Shown here: one piece after another, positions 20,718 through 29,958 of the stretch
Position numbering within the stretch: position 1 is the first letter of the stretch
Layout of the letters: the number at the start of each line of letters is the position of its first letter
Notes under the pieces: generated by a model
Database searches by the model: none
What the model was told of the DNA's origin: nothing
Seen by the model: only the letters and a program-made list of their open reading frames with translations
Program-made: the position numbers and the translations under genes
NCBI GenBank assembly: GCA_041946805.1
Contig: JBHGBC010000053.1
Span: 1-36,878, forward strand
Direction of reading: 5' to 3'
From: a bacterium
GTDB lineage: Bacteria > Hinthialibacterota > Hinthialibacteria > Hinthialibacterales > Hinthialibacteraceae
DNA: 36,878 nucleotides

Positions 20718-22013
20718 TTACACCGTTTCGGGGACCACGAACGGCTCGCGGTATTTCCGGGACAGGTGGCGGTTGGCTTCCTCGTTGTTGATGAAACGCT
20801 CGGCGCGCGGATCAAATTGCAGCGTGGCGCCGGTCAGATAGGCAATATTGCCCAAATGGGCAATGGCGGACGAGAGGTGGATGGTTTCCACCGGCCCGTT
20901 TTGGTCGGCCATGTTGCGGCTGCGCACCGCCTTGTGGAAGTTGGCGAAATGATTCCCTTCCTCGCTGCGCCGGGGACCGGGCTTTTTGTCTTCACCGAGG
21001 TAGGTTTCAAACGTGCCGTAGCCCTTCACCACCATGAATCCTTTTTCCCCGTAAAAGATGTTGCCCACGCCCGCCCCGGCTTCGTCGTTGGTGATCCAGG
21101 GCCGCGTCTCGAACTGGATCATCTTGTTCTCCTGGGTGAACTTGTAGTTGGTGGAGAGCCATTCGGGGGTTTCCTTGTCATCGTCCCACAGAAACTTGCC
21201 GCCCATGGCGCAAACCTGATCGGGCAGCGTTTTGACGCCCAGGCCCCACAGGCACATGTCGGTTTCATGCACGCCCTGGTTGCCCACGTCGCCGTTGCCG
21301 AAATCCCAGTGCCAATGCCAATTGTAGTGGACGATGTTTTCCGAATAGGGCCGCCACTGCGCGGGTCCCAGCCACAGGTCGTAATCGAGATAATCGGGCA
21401 CCCAGGCCGAGGGCTTCTTGCCGATGGACGGCCGGGTGCGGAAACACAGGCCGCGCGCCAGGTAGACGTTGCCGATCACGCCGTCCCGCAGCAGTTGGAC
21501 CGCTTCCTGCAGCGCGGGGGAACTGCGCAGCTGAACGCCATGCTGGACGATGCGGCGGTACTTGTAGGCCGCCTCGATCATCTTGCGCCCTTCGAAAAGG
21601 TTGTGGCAGCCCGGTTTCTCCACATAGACATCCTTGCCCGCCTGGCAGGCCCAGATGGTGGCCAGGGCGTGCCAATGGTTGGGCGTGGCGATGCTGACCG
21701 CGTCGATCGAGCCGTCGGCGAAGATGTCGCGCAGATCCACGATGGTTTTCACATCCTTGTTGTATTTCTCCTTGAATTGCGCGGCCCGTTCGGCCAGCAC
21801 CTTCCGGTCGGGATCGCACAGCGCCGCCACTTCCACGTTGGGCTCGGCCTGGTGGGCTTCGATGTGGTCCTGCCCCCGCCCGTGCACGCCCAGCACGGCG
21901 ATTCGGATGGTGTCGTTCGCGCCCGCCCAAGACCGCGATGTCCCGATGAGTTGCCCGGCGGCCAGCGCGCCCGCCGTTCCCTTCACGAAATCTCTGCGAT
22001 TCAAGTTTTTCAT
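20718..22013 (-). CDS. Gfo/Idh/MocA oxidoreductase with Tat signal
   Basis: 'NRRDFVK' twin arginine, 'IAVLGVHGRG', 'IATPNHWH', 'GKDVYVEKP', 'LDYDLWLGPA', 'GNQGVHETD'. Confidence 0.92.
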   Translation of the reverse strand: MKNLNRRDFVKGTAGALAAGQLIGTSRSWAGANDTIRIAVLGVHGRGQDHIEAHQAEPNVEVAALCDPDRKVLAERAAQFKEKYNKDVKTIVDLRDIFADGSIDAVSIATPNHWHALATIWACQAGKDVYVEKPGCHNLFEGRKMIEAAYKYRRIVQHGVQLRSSPALQEAVQLLRDGVIGNVYLARGLCFRTRPSIGKKPSAWVPDYLDYDLWLGPAQWRPYSENIVHYNWHWHWDFGNGDVGNQGVHETDMCLWGLGVKTLPDQVCAMGGKFLWDDDKETPEWLSTNYKFTQENKMIQFETRPWITNDEAGAGVGNIFYGEKGFMVVKGYGTFETYLGEDKKPGPRRSEEGNHFANFHKAVRSRNMADQNGPVETIHLSSAIAHLGNIAYLTGATLQFDPRAERFINNEEANRHLSRKYREPFVVPETV

Positions 22014-22227
22014 GATGGCATCCTTCGTTTCCAGCAGCGGATTCGGCATTCATCCCCCAATCCGCGGAGATGAATCCATTTCATGATAAGGGAGCGGGGG
22101 GATCGAAGTCAATTTATGTGATTCATCCGGGAAATAAATACGGTTCATCCGGTATGTGCGTACTTTTTTTTCAAGCATTTCCGGCTGCTCTTCAATCGGG
22201 TTGGCTGGGGTAATCAATCCCCTGATC

Positions 22228-22260
22228 CCCTCTCCCCCCGGGAGAGGGCCAGGGTGAGGG
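22228..22260 (-). repeat. BoxC-like repeat
   Basis: Minus strand CCCTCACCCTGGCCCTCTCCCGGGGGGAGAGGG. Confidence 0.75.
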
Positions 22261-22303
22261 AAGCCCCGAAGGAGTGAATTCGCTATCAATCCTCTCCCCC
22301 GCA

Positions 22304-23545
22304 TCAATCCTTCAAGCCCTTGAAATTGGGCTCCAGCCGGGTGGTGTCTTTCAAGATGTCATCCCACCGGACCACCTGATTCTTATACGCGGCGGTGCGG
22401 CCGAGAACGGTGATCAGGTTGCTGCGCACGCTGGGCGCGACCGTGGGATTCGCGTAATTCCCTTCCGTGACGCTCCGGTGAAACGTGGCGATGTTGGTTA
22501 TCACCCCATCCGTGAAGATATTGCCCGTGTTCCCGCCCTCGTAGGGATTCTCGCCGCGGATCAACACGTCGCCGCCGTACTCGGTTTCGATCACGCCCTT
22601 GGAGCCATACATGCGGTTCTTGATCCCGCCGGCCGACTCGTAACCCTCGAACTGCCGCGAACTGAACGAAATGCCCACGTCGTTGGGGTACTGAAAGACG
22701 CACAGGAAGGAATCATGGCAATCGCCGCCGTCGTCCCGCACCTTGTGGCCGCAGGCACCAAACGCCTGGAGGGGAGGTTGATCCATGATCCAGTTGGCCA
22801 CGTCGAGCGTGTGGATGTTCTGCTCGGTGATGATGTCGCCCGAGAGGATCTTGTCGAGCCCCCAGGCCCGCAGGCGGTTCGCGGGATTCTTCGGATCGGC
22901 CTTCATGTACTGGACCTGATCGGCCCAGGGATTGCCCGCGTGATACGACGACTCGCCGAACGCGAAATCGCCGAGAGCCCCGGCGCGCACGCGCTTCAGC
23001 GCTTCCTGGTATAACGGATTGGCGCGGGTTTGGAAATCGATCAGAAAACAAAGACTCTGGGCCGTGGCCCGCTTGCCGCTCTCCTCGATGGTGAGGCAGC
23101 CGGGGACATCCACGGCGATCGGCTTGGCCACGTAGACATGCACGCCCGCCGCCACGCCGGCCGCCGCCTGGATGGGATGGAAATACGGCGGCGTCTCGAT
23201 GGCGACAGCGTCCACCAGTTTCTTCTCCAGCAACCGCTTGTAACCGGACAGGCCGGTGAACCGGTTGGCCGCGGGGATGTCGAACAGATCGCCGTAGCTG
23301 GAAACGCGGTCGTCAAAATAATCGGCCACGGCGGTGATTTCATACCCGCCGTGCTTTTGGAATAGTCTTGAAATCCATACCCCCCGCCCGCCGCAGCCGA
23401 ACAATCCCAGTTTGATTTGGGAATTGGCCGCGTAACTCTTCACGGCGCGGGAACTCATGACCTGGAATGATACCGCGGACGCGCCCGCGAGGAACGCGCG
23501 GCGGTTGAATGAATTGCCTGGCTGATTGGGATGTCCGGTTGACAT
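22304..23545 (-). CDS. Gfo/Idh/MocA oxidoreductase with Tat signal
   Basis: 'NRRAFL', 'GLFGCGGRG', 'IETPPYFHP', 'HVYVAKPIAVD', 'EQNIHTLDV'. Confidence 0.9.
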   Translation of the reverse strand: MSTGHPNQPGNSFNRRAFLAGASAVSFQVMSSRAVKSYAANSQIKLGLFGCGGRGVWISRLFQKHGGYEITAVADYFDDRVSSYGDLFDIPAANRFTGLSGYKRLLEKKLVDAVAIETPPYFHPIQAAAGVAAGVHVYVAKPIAVDVPGCLTIEESGKRATAQSLCFLIDFQTRANPLYQEALKRVRAGALGDFAFGESSYHAGNPWADQVQYMKADPKNPANRLRAWGLDKILSGDIITEQNIHTLDVANWIMDQPPLQAFGACGHKVRDDGGDCHDSFLCVFQYPNDVGISFSSRQFEGYESAGGIKNRMYGSKGVIETEYGGDVLIRGENPYEGGNTGNIFTDGVITNIATFHRSVTEGNYANPTVAPSVRSNLITVLGRTAAYKNQVVRWDDILKDTTRLEPNFKGLKD

Positions 23546-23625
23546 TTTACCCTCGCTCTCTGTAGTGATATTTTTTACTACTCCCCTAAATAAAAATCCC
23601 GTTTTATTGGCTTTTTTCGCTTTTC

Positions 23626-23659
23626 TTGCATTTACAATATCTATGGTTTACTATAGAAT
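23626..23659 (+). promoter_or_regulatory. Sigma70-type promoter(s) for the integrase
   Basis: TTTACA (23631-36) N17 TAGAAT (23654-59), and overlapping TTGCAT (23626-31) N17 TACTAT (23649-54). Confidence 0.5.
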
Positions 23660-23669
23660 CCTATGTAGT

Positions 23670-23689
23670 ATAGTAGCTAAATAGTAGCT
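23670..23689 (+). repeat. Direct repeat ATAGTAGCT x2, putative integrase arm-type sites
   Basis: 23670-23678 and 23681-23689, 11-bp period, 50 bp upstream of an integrase with an arm-binding domain. Confidence 0.5.
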
Positions 23690-23739
23690 GCGCAAGATTA
23701 AATGTCGTTTTCAAGATTTTTTTTTGAAGGGAAGCGATT

Positions 23740-24936
23740 ATGCGGAAGCAGAAAATGCGGCTCACCAAACGAATCATCGACAAGTTGACCTATGAAGGGA
23801 AGGTTAGCCCGAAAGGGACGCCCGGCCTCTGTATTTTTTGGGATTTGGCCCTGGATGGATTCGGTGTTCGAGTACACGAATCCGGGAGAAAAGCTTATGC
23901 GCTCACCTACTACGCCAAAGGACGGAAGCGTTTTATTTCCATCGGCAAATGTTCCCAAATAACCCTGGAACGAGCACGGAAAAAAGCCCTGGCCCTTCTT
24001 CAGCAAGTCAACGAGGGAGAAGACCCGGCAGAAGAACGGCGACAGCAGCGGCAAATCCTCACCGTCAAGGAATTCATCGACTTGTATGAGGCGCGGTATG
24101 CCCGCAAATTCTTGCGGCCCATAACCATCAAATTCAACCTGCAACGAATTGAGCGGTATATTCTCCCGGCCTGGGGATCAAGGCGGCTCGATTCCGTCAC
24201 CCGTTCGGACGTAGCAAGACTTCATTCCCAGATCGGCGAAACCGCCCCCGTTCAGGCAAACCGGGTAGTCCAATTGATTCGTTCTCTATATAACGTAGCG
24301 GTAACACAAGGATGCTTGCCAGATGGCTTCCTGAATCCCGCCAAAAACATCAAAACCTTTAATGAGGAACCTCGTACAAGGACCCTGTCGGATGATGAAC
24401 TGCGGAGAATTGGAGAGGCGTTACGCCAAGAGGAAACCGCTATTACCCCGGCCCTCATTCGATTTATCTTGATCTGCGGTTCACGGATCGGCGAAACTCT
24501 GAAATCGACTTGGGATGAAATCGACTTCAAAAAAGGAACCTGGACAATTCCCGCCAGTCATGCCAAAGGCAAGCGCAGCCGTACCCTTCCCCTGCCCCAC
24601 CAGGCGATTGAGATGTTGAAATCCATTCCCCATCTGTCAGACGATGACCGAATCTTCCCTCTCCACCCGGAGACGGTTCGTAATGCGTGGAAGAAAATCT
24701 GCAAGTCAGCCAACGTTGAAGGCGTAACGGTTCACGATGTCCGGCGAAGCGCAATCACCCGGATGATCGGCGACGGCGCGGACGTGGCGCGCGTTGCCAA
24801 AATTTCAGGACACCGAGATGTTGATATGACGTTGAATGTCTACGCACACCCGACCTCTGACAATTTGCGGGAGACGGTTGAAAAGCACGCTGACAACATC
24901 GTTGAATTCCTGGACCTCAAGAAAGAGATGGCATGA
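23740..24936 (+). CDS. int: Tyrosine recombinase/integrase with N-terminal arm-DNA-binding domain
   Basis: 'FWDLALDGFGVRVHESGRKAY..ITLERARKKA' arm domain; catalytic R (GSRIGE), K (HAKGK), HxxR (HDVRR), H (SGHRD) and Y (NVYAH). Confidence 0.93.
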   Translation: MRKQKMRLTKRIIDKLTYEGKVSPKGTPGLCIFWDLALDGFGVRVHESGRKAYALTYYAKGRKRFISIGKCSQITLERARKKALALLQQVNEGEDPAEERRQQRQILTVKEFIDLYEARYARKFLRPITIKFNLQRIERYILPAWGSRRLDSVTRSDVARLHSQIGETAPVQANRVVQLIRSLYNVAVTQGCLPDGFLNPAKNIKTFNEEPRTRTLSDDELRRIGEALRQEETAITPALIRFILICGSRIGETLKSTWDEIDFKKGTWTIPASHAKGKRSRTLPLPHQAIEMLKSIPHLSDDDRIFPLHPETVRNAWKKICKSANVEGVTVHDVRRSAITRMIGDGADVARVAKISGHRDVDMTLNVYAHPTSDNLRETVEKHADNIVEFLDLKKEMA

Positions 24937-25253
24937 GTAGGATTAACCTATTCGAGAAGCATCCCGATCCCCTTGTGGTGGAAGTCAACGAAAACCGACG
25001 CACGGTAGCGGAAATTTTCCCTGCGGCGAACGGCGTGATCTTCTTCGACACCGACTGGCACTTGAATGATTCAGGTCACCCGATCCATGTACTGGAAGGC
25101 CAGATCACCGGCGATGGCCCGTGGCGCGTCGGGAAAGCGTTGATCCGCATAATGACGGAGGGCGATCCTTACGATTGGTGGGTGGAGTGGTGGGACTGGC
25201 TAGCGGCGATCCGGAAGGAATACCCGCCTCGGGACTATATATCGAGAGACTAG
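24933..25253 (+). CDS. Hypothetical Trp-rich protein coupled to the integrase
   Basis: ATGA overlap with the int stop; 106 aa. Confidence 0.55.
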   Translation: MSRINLFEKHPDPLVVEVNENRRTVAEIFPAANGVIFFDTDWHLNDSGHPIHVLEGQITGDGPWRVGKALIRIMTEGDPYDWWVEWWDWLAAIRKEYPPRDYISRD

Positions 25254-25391
25254 CCCGTGATTTCGGCGCGTTGGTCTGAAATCCTACCTCAAAGGACCGC
25301 CGCATTTACCCCAGGTTAAACGATCTCCAAGGCGGCCATGCCCGATTGCCGCATGGCTTTTTAGTACAACACGGGAACCCTGAAAACCGGG

Positions 25392-25419
25392 TTGACCGTT
25401 TTCTACAACGCGCTACAAT
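25392..25419 (+). promoter_or_regulatory. Sigma70-type promoter upstream of the first HTH gene
   Basis: TTGACC N16 TACAAT, followed by the inverted repeat CATCAACC (25425-32) / GGTTGATG (25442-49). Confidence 0.45.
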
Positions 25420-25602
25420 ATTACCATCAACCACTATGGAAGGTTGATGACCGGCCCGTTCGACCCGTGGCGGTTGCCGGTGAGCCAAATTTCCGAGAGC
25501 CATACTACCAATAACCAAATTTTGAGCGTTCGCGCACGGGAATTAACTGGCGGGATTGCTATCCCGCTGGCTCGCGTTGTGTTCGCGCAAAATGAGGTTG
25601 AA

Positions 25603-25878
25603 ATGGTTTCTCGGATCCACCCCGAAAATCAGCAATCCCGGCCCCAACCCAAGAAGTTTGAATTCGCGGAATTCTATTTAACCGAACGGCAAGCCGCAAC
25701 AAAACTCGGCGTCTCTCAAAAGACGTTGCAGGCGTGGAGGCTTCGCGGCGGCGGTCCGGCTTTCGTCAAAATTTCAGCGCGCTGCGTCCGCTACCGTGAA
25801 TCCGTGATTGATGCCTGGGCGCTGGCCCGCGAACGGGAATCCACCACCGACACCGGCGGCCGCGATCTGGATGGATAG
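25603..25878 (+). CDS. AlpA/excisionase-like HTH protein
   Basis: GAGG RBS with ATG 25603; 'YLTERQAATKLGVSQKTLQAWRLRGGGPAFVKISARCVRYRESVIDAW'. Confidence 0.85.
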   Translation: MVSRIHPENQQSRPQPKKFEFAEFYLTERQAATKLGVSQKTLQAWRLRGGGPAFVKISARCVRYRESVIDAWALARERESTTDTGGRDLDG

Positions 25879-26181
25879 CGGAATCTCACGCGCACGGTGA
25901 TTCTAACGGAAGGCCGCAGTGTCTGCGGGAGGGGAAGAAATATCCCCCAGGCCCCGCGGACCTGCGGTTCCTCTGGATGCCCATGGATGGCCGTGGTAAT
26001 GTTTTCCCAGACTTGTCCGGTATAAACCATGGCCGTTGTCTTGCGGTCCGTCTCTGGCCTTGCCGGACGTGAATATACCCGCTTCATGAACATCAATGAC
26101 GAAATCGCGCGGATGGAATCCGGGAACCCGCCGGAATTAAAGCCGCGTCAGTAGAGCATCCCTGACGGCATCCCCGGAAAG

Positions 26182-26583
26182 ATGAGTGCTAGCCATTCTC
26201 ATTTCATCCGGGAAATCAAGCGGCCGCGGACCGCGCCTCCCGGGGATGCACCGCTTATCGAAAAGCGCCTAGCGAATGTTTATCTCTCCGGCGTCCGGGA
26301 TCATCCTTGGATCCTCGCCATCTGGGAGCCATGGCGGCTATCGGCCTGCTGCACGGGGGAACCCCATGGCGGGGATCCGGAGAAGTGGAATCCTCTTACC
26401 GGCCAGGTGGTAACCATCGAGGAGGGATGCATCCCGCGGCGGCTCACCATCACCCGGCCCTGCTGGAACGATCCCCGGCGGTATGGCCCATCCGATTATT
26501 TTGAGAGTCAAGAGGCGGCCGCCGGAGAAATCCGGAAAATTAAGATGGGACCCGAAGAGGATGAGTGGGTATTCGCCGAATAA
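26182..26583 (+). CDS. Hypothetical protein
   Basis: 133-aa ORF co-oriented with the element; no family recognised. Confidence 0.4.
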   Translation: MSASHSHFIREIKRPRTAPPGDAPLIEKRLANVYLSGVRDHPWILAIWEPWRLSACCTGEPHGGDPEKWNPLTGQVVTIEEGCIPRRLTITRPCWNDPRRYGPSDYFESQEAAAGEIRKIKMGPEEDEWVFAE

Positions 26584-26634
26584 TCCATCCCGGAAAAACT
26601 CGCGCGAAAGCGCGACCAGCAAGGAGGAAGAGAG

Positions 26635-26928
26635 ATGGAAAAAATTTATTGGTATTGCAAAACGCCATTCGGTGTAGGATGGGTGACCTGCGCGCGGGGA
26701 AACTCCGAAGAAATCATCCACGCGAAAATCGAGGGAAAATTCCCTGATGTAATTTTAGGCCCCTGCGATCATCCGTGGATGACGCCGCCCAATCCCTGGG
26801 ATGGTGAAGTACGCATGTATTTTGACAAGCACATAATACAGCGAGGCTCTTTCTCGAATGTCCGTTTTGAGCATTTCGCGCCGGGGGAAATCGAGGCGGC
26901 AAAAAAGCCCATCACCGATAGTGGTTGA
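26635..26928 (+). CDS. Hypothetical protein
   Basis: 97-aa ORF with a strong AAGGAGG RBS. Confidence 0.55.
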   Translation: MEKIYWYCKTPFGVGWVTCARGNSEEIIHAKIEGKFPDVILGPCDHPWMTPPNPWDGEVRMYFDKHIIQRGSFSNVRFEHFAPGEIEAAKKPITDSG

Positions 26929-27419
26929 TGCTCTACTTGAACACTCCCGCTGCCGGCCGGCCGGATCCTGGCTCTCCCTGTTTGGCTGAAATAAATCATC
27001 CCGGGTATCGGTATCCATTCATCCCTATCTAGACCGCCGGGAGCATCCGCTTCCCCGTCAGGCGGGATCTTCGAGTTATTCCCGTTCCGTGGCGGAATGC
27101 CGTGGAAGCCAGTGGCCGCGTTTTCCTGGATGAGGCCGATGGATATCATGGCCGGTTATCCCTTGGTTTTTACCGGGTTCCGCCATAGTTTGGTCATAAC
27201 TCAATCCGGCGGGATAGGGATCAACTTTACCCGATTGAGGGGAAAAACTGAAACTAATACGTAGCTTTGCTGGATTTAGATTCAAGATCAAGATCCCGAA
27301 AACCTATTGACAAACTTGTAAAGAAATAATGGAATTAGAATATCGATTCAAGGCGGCTTGTATCACAGTCCCGTAGCCCAAAGGTCATATGACGAAATCA
27401 TATAACCATTTTTAGCCGC

Positions 27420-28508
27420 ATGGATAGTGACAAAATGCCTAAAAATAAACCGATCACGAATCCCGAGAATTCTAAAACACTAGCGGCCCATAAACTTTCG
27501 CTATCTCGCGATCTACTAGATGATATCGAACTTTCCAGACTGGAGCCTGAGCAGCTTCTCCTGAAAGCATCTAGATTAGCAAGATTAGTCGATGAGGTAG
27601 ATATTCTCCATTGGCTTGAGTTCGAGCTTCGAGGATATCCGAACACCGACCTAGGTCTTCACTACATGACAGAGTTCAACAGGTGGACGGATGCGGATAA
27701 GCAGATAGGTTATTTCCAGCCTCTAGCCGGCCTCGGGGCGTTGTCTGCTGCCATGCAAGCCGAAATTCATCAACTACGAGTACCTGACGTTAATGTGTCG
27801 ATGTCGAGCTCGAATCCACACGAATTTGTGACTGGACTTGTAAGTAATAATATCGCGAAGGTTTCACAGCCTATAATAATGACGCTCAATCGACTCCAGG
27901 TGCGGACTATGGCGGTGACCCAACTCCGGGAGATTCAATCGCGCGTCATGGCGGAAATTCATAGATTCGCTGTGCGAACGTACTATCGGCTCGCATTCAG
28001 CAACGCAGCCGAATCAATCTTTCGTGACCATCAGATCAAAATTGACACCCTCCTTCGTAGTTACGCCAGTGATGTGATCGAAAAGATTCCAGCCATAACG
28101 GCACGGCTAACTGAAGGTGATGCCGAGGCCATTAGCCAAGCTCTCAGTAGTTGCCGCAGAATGATCAAGGCTTTCGCAGATGCTATTGAGCCAGGCCAGG
28201 AGAAGGACATCGAAATAGATGGAGAGAAGTACAACATCGGCACCGACAAGGTTTTAAATCGCATACTGTATTTTTTGATGAAGGGGTGTACACGCAAAGG
28301 GCGACACGAGCGCCTCAACCGCAATCTTCACTTAATCTGGGAGCGGGCATCGGTTGGTACGCATGGCGACGTCACAACAGATGAGGCGCGTGCCCTTTTT
28401 CTACAGACTTATCTCACATTAGGCGAAATACTTATAGCGTGTTCGGCAACTACAGCCCAGCCAGAGATATCCAATCAACCATTGAGCGATGTTTCAGGCA
28501 CTTCCTGA
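27420..28508 (+). CDS. AbiTii-like N-terminal domain plus HEPN-like C-terminal domain; candidate anti-phage protein
   Basis: 'LLLKASRLARLVDEVDILHWLEFELRGY' fits the AbiTii pattern. C-terminal 'ALSSCRRMIKAFAD...ERASVGTHGDVTTDEA' has an Rx5H motif. Visibly AT-richer than the host genes. Confidence 0.7.
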   Translation: MDSDKMPKNKPITNPENSKTLAAHKLSLSRDLLDDIELSRLEPEQLLLKASRLARLVDEVDILHWLEFELRGYPNTDLGLHYMTEFNRWTDADKQIGYFQPLAGLGALSAAMQAEIHQLRVPDVNVSMSSSNPHEFVTGLVSNNIAKVSQPIIMTLNRLQVRTMAVTQLREIQSRVMAEIHRFAVRTYYRLAFSNAAESIFRDHQIKIDTLLRSYASDVIEKIPAITARLTEGDAEAISQALSSCRRMIKAFADAIEPGQEKDIEIDGEKYNIGTDKVLNRILYFLMKGCTRKGRHERLNRNLHLIWERASVGTHGDVTTDEARALFLQTYLTLGEILIACSATTAQPEISNQPLSDVSGTS

Positions 28509-28575
28509 CAATCCCGGCGTCAGGCGTATCTCGGACACGCCACTCCCGCCACGGAACCCCGCCGGAACCCCCCCC

Positions 28576-28652
28576 GGGGGTAGGGGGGGTAAATAGCTGC
28601 AGCCTGACCAACCGAAACCGCCCGCCAAGCTCGCTTTTTCGCCCCCGAATTT
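28576..28652 (+). other. cos-like packaging site upstream of terS
   Basis: GGGGGTAGGGGGGGTAAA ... GAAACCGCCCGCCAAG ... TTTTTCGCCCCCGAATTT, the layout usually found just before P27-type terS in HK97-like phages. Confidence 0.6.
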
Positions 28653-28703
28653 CAGCCTAGGTGTACAATAGAGGGGAAAACCTATGTCGAAAGGATTGTT
28701 AAA

Positions 28704-29291
28704 ATGGGTTCCAGAGGACGAATTCCCAGCCCGATTCACCTGGTCAATTTAAAGAAAAGCCATCATGGAAGCGAGCGGGAGAAAAAGCGTAAATCGCTTG
28801 GTGAAGGGAAACGATTGAATCCGCCATCCTGGTTGTCCGAGGCGGGTCGAAAAATTTGGCGGCGTTTGGAACCGGAAATTCGCAAGACGCGTTTGTTAAT
28901 ACGATCAGACAAGGACGCCTTTGGCCGGCTCTGCGAGGTCCAGGTTTTGTTCGAACGCGCGGCGGCGGAGTGCGCTGGACTGGATTCCTTGGTCACGGAA
29001 AACGCGCGCGGCGGCGCGAAGCCGCATCCGGTTCTCAAAAATATGATGGACACCGCCTCCTTGCTCCAACGGCTCGGCTCGGATTTTGGCCTGACGCCGC
29101 CGGGACGCGCGAGATTGCATATCGCGCCGGTTGAACCCGAGGCCAAGGATCCGCTTCGCGATTATCTGTTCGGGAACGAATTGGGGGAAAACCTGGCTAA
29201 TCCCGCACTAAAGCGATCGCGGAAACCGGTGGATCAAACAGATTCCATCGCGCCATCGGAACCGGCGCTATCGCCGGATCCCATCGGTTGA
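28704..29291 (+). CDS. terS: Phage terminase small subunit, P27 family
   Basis: 'MGSRGRIPSP', 'PPSWLSEAGRKIWRRL', 'LIRSDKDAFGRLC', 'KPHPVL', 'SDFGLTPPGRARL'. Confidence 0.9.
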   Translation: MGSRGRIPSPIHLVNLKKSHHGSEREKKRKSLGEGKRLNPPSWLSEAGRKIWRRLEPEIRKTRLLIRSDKDAFGRLCEVQVLFERAAAECAGLDSLVTENARGGAKPHPVLKNMMDTASLLQRLGSDFGLTPPGRARLHIAPVEPEAKDPLRDYLFGNELGENLANPALKRSRKPVDQTDSIAPSEPALSPDPIG

Positions 29292-29552
29292 TCGGCCTGT
29301 TCTCAGAAGGAATGAATTAATAGGGGGGAAGGACCGGCGCCAAGGTTCATCCATTTTCCTAGCGCGGACCTTCCCCCATCCCGCGCGGCGCGCTTCCGTT
29401 TGTTTCCCCCCTGGCCGTCCCTCGATTCCGGACTGGTCCAAATATTCCATCAACAGTGGTAGGTCTACTTGACCCACTACTGTTTATGTTTGTTTTTTTG
29501 GAAGCGTTTTGATTTTCTGTCGCCTTTTCACTTTGATTTAGGCCGCCGGCGC

Positions 29553-29620
29553 GAATCCGGCCAGGTGAATCCGGCCAGGTGAATCCGGCCGGCGCGAATC
29601 CGGCCAGCGCGAATCCATCC
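29553..29620 (+). repeat. Tandem GAATCCGGCC repeats, 14-15 bp period
   Basis: Exact copies at 29553, 29567, 29581 and 29596; degenerate copy at 29611. Confidence 0.85.
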
Positions 29621-29958
29621 GGATGAAATTTCCCGCGCGCAACCCTCATTCAAAAAAATATTTCACTGAGTGTAGTAATTTTGCCACACCGTTTTGGCCT
29701 GCCGGAATGGACAAAGACCGGTTTTGAAATTGCGAAAAATCATTATAAAAATATCAAACAATTATCTAAATATAGTAATTGATAGTAAACGATTCCCTTA
29801 AAATGTCATTTTCTTTCATACAAATTACATAGTGATATTTCACCCCTATTCAACCATCCGTGGTAAGTGGTAACCACTGTCCAAACTTTGCTATTGCGTT
29901 TATTTTTTCCAATGTATGTTTTAAATATAAACAAAAAAAAACGAACGGAGAAGGAATC

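Noticed and set aside
26755..27291. Minus-strand ORFs 26755..27018, 26769..27149 and 27076..27291 as a repressor or antitoxin
   Set aside because: They overlap one another and show no HTH or other motif, so none can be supported.
29553..29620. CRISPR array
   Set aside because: Repeats are 10 bp with 4-5 bp linkers, there are no unique spacers, and no cas genes are present.
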